From NCBI GenBank assembly GCA_951406725.2, contig OX597824.1, forward strand, positions 91,078,001-91,142,000: a stretch of DNA of 64,000 nt. The letters run 5' to 3'. This document shows, one piece after another, positions 56,628 through 64,000 of the stretch. This stretch comes from Octopus vulgaris. Its lineage: Eukaryota. Positions within the stretch are counted from its first letter, which is position 1; each line of letters opens with the position of its first letter. The notes below the pieces were generated by a model, which did not search any database, was not told where the DNA came from, and saw only the letters and a list, made by a program, of their open reading frames with translations. Position numbers and translations under genes: made by a program.

Positions 56628-57037
56628 TCACACACACACACACAGACAATCTCACACACACAGACACACACACGGTTGTGTGCGCGCGAACAAACCTAAA
56701 CAGAAGTTTAAGAGTTGTGAATGGAATAAAGATCCCGAATTGAATGAATGAATGAGCGATCACGTAAACACACACACACACTCTCTCTCTTCTTCCCCCC
56801 ACGCTACAGTACATACCTATCTTTGTAGTCATGCGGTTACACATATCGGGTGTACACACGCGGCTGTCACACACACACACATACACACACGGTTCAGAAT
56901 TACACAAACAACCGAAAAACAAAAGACAGAGGACAGGTGAGAGAACAACAAACAAGGTGTGTTATATCGCTTGACGCTCAAGAAAAAAATGGAAGACAGA
57001 CAGACAGACAGACAGACAGATGATGGATGGATGGATG

Positions 57038-57114
<77 letters not shown>

Positions 57115-57375
57115 GCAGACAGATAGACAGATAGATAGATAAATACATAGATAGATGATGGATGGATGGATGGATGGATGGATAGATAGACAGACAGACT
57201 GATAGCTAGCTAGCTAGCTAGATAGACAGTCATAGATAGGTAAGACAGAGATATAGGTAAGACAGAGATAGATAGGTAAGACAGACAGACGTATATATAG
57301 CTATCAGTCTGTCTGTCTGTCTATCTATCCATCCATCATCTATCTATGTATCTATCTATCTGTCTATCTGTCTGC

Positions 57376-57451
<76 letters not shown>

Positions 57452-57462
57452 GTGTCTGTCTT

Positions 57463-57567
<105 letters not shown>

Positions 57568-57584
57568 GATAGATAAATAGATAG

Positions 57585-57626
<42 letters not shown>

Positions 57627-58179
57627 GGGGGATAGGTAAGAGTGGCTTTGATGTATTTTAACGTAATTAGGAGTAAAGGTGTGTCGTTCGAATTCCAGAA
57701 TATAATAAAAAGTACAGTTTTCTATGCGGATCCTGTAAAACCCGTGATTGTTACAAATATATACATATATATTTATATACACCCACCGCTTAAAAAAAAA
57801 TTAGTAGGAAGATGTTGGGGGGGCGGATGGGGAATTAATATGGGTGAATATTGATGAGAAAACGGTGAATAAAAACTTTGATGTTTAACATCTTAAAAAT
57901 AAAAATTAAAAAAAGGGAAGTAGACATGGATGTTATGTGAGTAATTGTCGATGGGATGGTCATTGTAGGTCAGCTGAGTCAATCAAGGTTTGACCTAGGG
58001 TTAAACAAACACATTAACAACAACAACAATAGCGGCTTCACGTGTGAACGTGGAAGCTTAACCATGGTTGCGTTATCTGCTAAAGATAGCAGTCATTTCT
58101 CTCTCAAATCATGCCTTTCTGATGAAAGACATTGAATCGACAAGATAAATATTGATGCGCGATGCATTGTTATTTATTT

Positions 58180-58564
58180 GGGATCTTTTCGGTTTGACCG
58201 GCAGTTTTTTCTAGCGGTGTCATATGAAATTGTCATCCATAATTATGACCCTAGTATCGACCTATTGCATTTCAATCTATTTTAGGGTTAGGATTAGGGT
58301 TACAGAAATGTAAATAAACCCAATCTGTTTCTTAAACGAGGGACATTTTCATACGGCACAGAATGTTTTTTTTTACCTCAATAGATGCCATTGATTGGTT
58401 GAAATTGCAGAAATTGAAGAAAAAAACCAACAAATATCTTACAAACCATAGAGTCAAGAGAAAAAGTTGTTTTATAAACACATTCTACCAGTATACGAAG
58501 TTTAAAAGTGTTTAGTTACGTGGAAATTATTTTAAAAAACTGCCGTTCAAACCGAAAAGATTCA
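58180..58564. mobile_element. MITE with ~30-bp TIRs, an apparent TTATTT TSD and internal TTAGGG repeats
   Basis: GGGATCTTTTCGGTTTGACCGGCAGTTTTTT ... AAAAAACTGCCGTTCAAACCGAAAAGATTCA; TTATTT at 58174-58179 and 58565-58570. Confidence 0.85.
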
Positions 58565-59015
58565 TTATTTGTTCCAGAAAAATTGCTCATAAATGTTACT
58601 GAGAATTTAAAGTTTGATCAGTTTTATCTAATCAGAAAACAGGACTTGGAAGCTGACATTTTCTGCATGATAGTTGTTGTCTATCATTAAATGAAAGCAA
58701 AATCCTTACGAGAAAGACGTTTTATTAAGCAAACAAAAGCAAAGCATTACGACAACCAAAGTTGTAAGAACTTCTGAAGTTTAGATAAGTTTTAATGAAT
58801 GAAGTTATGTGAAATGGCCAAACAGACATGTAAATAATAATAATAATAAAAAGACCTCAATGAAGTATTTTTTTGTGTGAAAAATTGCACAAATTTGTCC
58901 TGATCCAGAGGCCTGGCTGACGGGGAAGGCATGGACTTGACAAAAATTTATATAAGACATTTTATTGTAAAACTTGCCAGCAACGACGGGCTATTCAGCT
59001 AGTACATACACACAC

Positions 59016-59062
<47 letters not shown>

Positions 59063-59064
<2 letters not shown>

Positions 59065-59253
59065 AAATGTGACCGTGTGTGTACCGTTGGCGATTTTTTC
59101 CCTCTGTCTTCCCTTCTCCTATGTTTCCGACGAAGAGCTCCGCTCGAAACGTTAAACCCTCCGTTTTTCCTTCTTTCCTGAGCGTCCAATAATACTATAT
59201 TTGTTCCACGTCCTCGCGTTGTTGTGTTTTTTTGTTCTTTCATGTTTGGATTA

Positions 59254-59258
<5 letters not shown>
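59063..59258 (+). mobile_element. Short Penelope-like element with a hammerhead motif (59123-59157) in (TA)n
   Basis: Near-identical to 33030-33240. Confidence 0.75.
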
Positions 59259-59333
<75 letters not shown>

Positions 59334-59334
<1 letters not shown>

Positions 59335-59562
59335 CTTTATTACCCACAAGGGGCTAAACATAGAGGGGACAAACAAGGACAGACAAACGAATTAAGTCGA
59401 TTAGATCGACCCCAGTGCGTAGCTGGTACTTAGTTTATCGACCCCGAAAGGATGAAAGGCAAAGTCGACCTCGGCGGAATTTGAACTCAGAATGTAACAG
59501 CAGACGAAATACGGCTACGCATTTCGCCCGGCGTGCTAACGGTTCTGCCAGCTCGCCGCCTT
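59334..59562 (-). mobile_element. SINE B
   Basis: Full-length family B copy. Confidence 0.88.
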
Positions 59563-59837
59563 ATATATTATATATATATAATGGACAAGCTGGTGCTGAA
59601 ATGTTCCTCGCTTTTGGTAAATGAAGATACAGAAGAAGGATCAGTTAATTCTGATTTCATTCAGATTCACACACTTATTGCAACGGTCCTTCAATTTTCT
59701 AATCCCTGTAAAAAAATCTTGCAAGGTCGGGCTCTAGCCAGGTCTTTCACGATACCCTTAAAACCAGGAACTTTTCAGCACCTCTTATGTATGTATGTAT
59801 GTATGTATGTATGTCTATCTATCTATCTATCTATCTC

Positions 59838-59981
<144 letters not shown>

Positions 59982-60674
59982 CGTGTGTTTCTATTTGTCC
60001 GTTTCCACTGTTTGACAAACGGTGTTTGTTTGTTTACGCTTCGGTAACTTTGCGGTTTGGCAAAAGATGCGCGATAGAATTAAGATCGGATGCATTCGAT
60101 AGCAGAGATCTGTTCGACGAGCACTGCCTGGGGTTAAATATAACAACAACAACAGCAATAGCAACAGCAACAACAACAGTAGCAGCAGCAGCAGCAGCAG
60201 CAGTAGCAGCAGCAGCAGAAAGACAGTAGTCTTAAAATGGCAGTCGCCGTTGCTATTTCTGTTGTTCGTTGCTATTTTCTCTGCTGCCCTAGATATTAGC
60301 AACACCTGTGCACGTTGGAAGAGTCACGTGTATTTGATGTATTTACGAACGGAGTGGTGGAGATGATGACGGTGATGGTGATGGTATTGGTGGTGGTGGT
60401 TGTAGTGGTGGTGGTGGTGGTGGTGGCAATGACGGTGGTAGGAGCGGCAGAGCAAAGAATGGCAGTATTGGTGGTGGTGGTGGTGATGGTGGGGTTGGTG
60501 GTGTAGGTGGCGGCGCGGCGAAAGAAAAGAGAGAAGCTGTCACTTTCTCTTGTCTTCGCTTTCAAATAATTTTCAGAACTTAAGGGAGAGGAATAAAACA
60601 GAATTTGTGGGAGCTGACTGACTGACCTACCTCTCGGCATGCGCATGTGCGCGTATGTTTCAGTGTGGGTGCGC

Positions 60675-61232
<558 letters not shown>

Positions 61233-61392
61233 TGCTGTTTATTCACATTTCAGAAGCTTGTTTCCCAACCACATGGTTTAGGGTTCAGTCCCACAGCGAG
61301 GAAACTTGGAGAAAAAAGATTCCTATTTTAGTCACGGGTTAACCAAAGCCTGAAGTGGATTTGGTGGAAGACGAAAACTAAAATAAGACCAA

Positions 61393-61423
<31 letters not shown>

Positions 61424-61425
<2 letters not shown>

Positions 61426-61593
61426 TTTTATTTACTTCAGTTATTTGACTGCGGCCATGCTGGAGCACCGCCTTTAGTCGAGCAAATCGACCCAGGACTT
61501 ATTCTATCGGTCACTTATGCCGAACCGCTAAGTTACGGGGATGTAAACACACCAGCATCAGTTGCCAAGCGATGCTGGGGGGACAAACACACA

Positions 61594-61629
<36 letters not shown>

Positions 61630-61760
61630 CATACATACACATATACGACGGGCTTCTTTCAGTTTCCGCCTTCCAAATCCACTCATAAGTCTTTTGGTCA
61701 GCCCGAGGCTAAAGTAGAAGACACTTGCCGAAGGTGCCACTGCGTGGCACCTTGGGCAAG
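61424..61760 (-). mobile_element. SINE A, adjacent to a plus-strand head fragment at 61255-61395
   Basis: Matches family A. Confidence 0.8.
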
Positions 61761-62632
61761 TGGGACCGAAACCATTTGATATAGTGATCAAATGTTTGGA
61801 TAGACATAAGCTCACTCCCTCTGTCAGATTGACGTTACCTGTACAGGTGGAACAGGTGCCACATGTCACCTGTCGAAATGATTGCAAAGCAACGTGAAAT
61901 GAAGTGCTTTGCTGAAGAACACAATGCAACGTCCGGTCTGGGAATCGAACCTACGATCTTGCAATCATGAGCACAACACCTTAACCACTAAACCATGCAC
62001 CTTCACACACGTGCATATACATATATAAATATATGGGCATGTTTTTTTCTCTCGTTTTTTCCCCATCTCCAGTTTTCTTTCTTCATTTCTTTTTATAAAA
62101 AGCATGGGTTCGAAACGTCAAAGACACCTCGTTTTTCCTGAGCGTCAAATTAATACATCTTATATGTAGCTCCTTCACCTGCCTCTGTCTTCTGTATTTT
62201 GCACAATTTTGGACTATATATATATATATCCGTATACATATGTACACACATGTCTCTACACACGCACACACACACAAAGCCGAACAGTGAGAGAGAGTAG
62301 GGCAGATTGAGAAAGAGGCAGGATGAAGGACGAAAGCCAGGATGTGACCGACATCGAAAGCAGTCAACGACACACTTGTCACACGAACCAGTATGTCGTC
62401 GGGGGTTTTGCGCACTTAAATAAATAAACAAATAGTTGAGATATGTCAACATTATCACACTTCTCATATCTAATAGCATGTCTGATAAATAATATCGCGA
62501 TCTGGATTGTGTTACCCTCTCAGACTATATGCTGAACCTGTTTGTGTAACGTGCATGAGATATAATGTGATATAATATATATATATTATGTAAGTCTGTG
62601 TGTGTATGTTTGCTGGTATGGGTTCTGTGTGA

Positions 62633-62668
<36 letters not shown>

Positions 62669-62678
62669 TTTTTGAAAA

Positions 62679-62777
62679 GCAGCAGAAATATCGCAAAGAC
62701 TGTTACTCAGAGTTTCACGTTCCCGTTCGTCGGGAGCGTGAATCTCTGAGTATCAGTTTTTGTGGTATTTCTACTAC
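62679..62777. repeat. 47-bp-arm hairpin made of inverted hammerhead-bearing sequence
   Basis: The arms match at 39 of 47 positions. The minus strand at 62700-62733 reads CCGACGA-acg(ggaa)cgt-GAAA-CTCTGAG-TA. Confidence 0.75.
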
Positions 62778-62898
62778 TTTTTAATAAAGCATATTACTCT
62801 ACCTCTGGTATTTGAGTACTCTTTCTTCCACCTTGTTTCGCATTTATAGGCTTACTCCGGTATCTCTCCCCCCCCTCTCTCTCTCTCAAAGAGACACA

Positions 62899-63085
62899 GT
62901 TGAAATTTAGAGAAAAACAAAAGACGAAGACAGGTTATGAACAACAAGCACGTGAATTAGTTTGACGCTCAGGAAAATGGAAAAGTCTTTTACGTTTCGA
63001 GCCTATGCTCTTCAACAGAAAAGAATAAGAGAAAATAAACAGGGAGAGAGAATGAAAAAACTTGTAGAATTCAGCGGTCCAGCAT
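62899..63085 (-). mobile_element. Short Penelope-like element with a hammerhead variant (62987-63022)
   Basis: tttt-CTGTTGA-A-gagc(atag)gctc-GAAACGTA-aaag. Confidence 0.7.
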
Positions 63086-63609
63086 TATATATATATACAT
63101 TATCTCAGGCACGTTATCTCCATAAAAACAGGAGAATCTTCGAACTCCAGTCAGAAGTACGGCAGTTACGGCGTAGCTATACGTCTTTCTATCTCACCTA
63201 ACTTCCGAAAATCATAAAAATATGAGAAAACCGGCTAAGTCTTTAAAAATAAACCAGCTAAAGGACTCCTGGTGCATTTCAACTTGTTCTTTTTTTTATA
63301 AGTCTACCGGCGCGAACATAAAATGACGCACTGAATGATATCTCCTTCATCAGCTGTCAATTTTAGATCATCGCAATTTCGTTACCTTTTTGACAGGACT
63401 TCTTTTAGTAATGCTGAGAAGCTTCGTCGCTACCAGGGAATGTCATGGTTTACTTGTCTTACACGTCACAGAAAAATATTTGTCTCTCAGTCACCCAGGC
63501 AATCACATTTCTAGCCAGGGTTAAACAGAACCACCCATTTGTTATTTAGTTTATTAATAGGCGGGTGTTTGTTTGTCATTCCTTCTATTCATTTTCTTTT
63601 GTATACCCT

Positions 63610-64000
63610 CTTTACTCTCTCACTTGTTTCAGTCATTTGACTGTGGCCATGCTGGAGCAGCGCCTTTAGACGAGCAAATCGACCCCCAGGACTTATTCTT
63701 TGTAAGCCTAGTACTCATTCTATCGGTCTCTTTTGCCGAACCGCTACGTTACGGGGACGTAAACACACCAGCATCGGTTGTCAAGCAAGGTTGGGGAGGG
63801 GCAAACACAGACACACAAACATAATATATATATATATATATACACATATATTCGACGGGCTTCTTTCAGTTTCCGTCTACCAAATCCACTCAAAAGGCTT
63901 TGGTCGGCCCAAGGCTATAGTATAAGACACTTGCCGAAGGTGCCACGCAGTGGGACTGAACCCGGAACCATGTGGTTGGTAAGCAAGCTACTTACCTCAC
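63610..64000 (-). mobile_element. SINE A, running off the window end
   Basis: Matches family A. Confidence 0.88.

Noticed and set aside
58282-58302. TTAGGG repeats as a telomere or fusion site
   Set aside because: Only about 3 units, and they lie inside a MITE.

Overview
Repeat-dense animal genomic DNA. The SINE families and extreme (TA)n/(CA)n/(CATA)n/(GATA)n microsatellite load suggest an octopus/coleoid genome (inference). The only host protein-coding sequence I can support is a minus-strand RhoU/RhoV (Wrch1/Chp)-type Rho GTPase: a 59-bp internal exon (45301-45359) and a terminal exon (26633-27103), separated by an 18.2-kb intron. The G1/switch-I exon was not found and probably lies beyond base 64000. 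Nearly all ORFs in the supplied track are microsatellite or SINE artefacts. The rest is mobile DNA: three tRNA-derived SINE groups with swappable tails, a Dong/R4 LINE 3' end inside (TAA)n, an RTE remnant, a decayed Penelope GIY-YIG ORF, non-autonomous Helitrons, a mariner-derived foldback and several MITEs. The most interesting signal is about 11 minimal hammerhead-ribozyme motifs with covarying stems and palindromic stem III. They sit in ~200-bp non-coding, Penelope-like elements that mostly lie in (TA)n tracts. A second notable signal is head-plus-tandem-body SINE multimers that are flanked by target-site duplications, so they inserted as single units.
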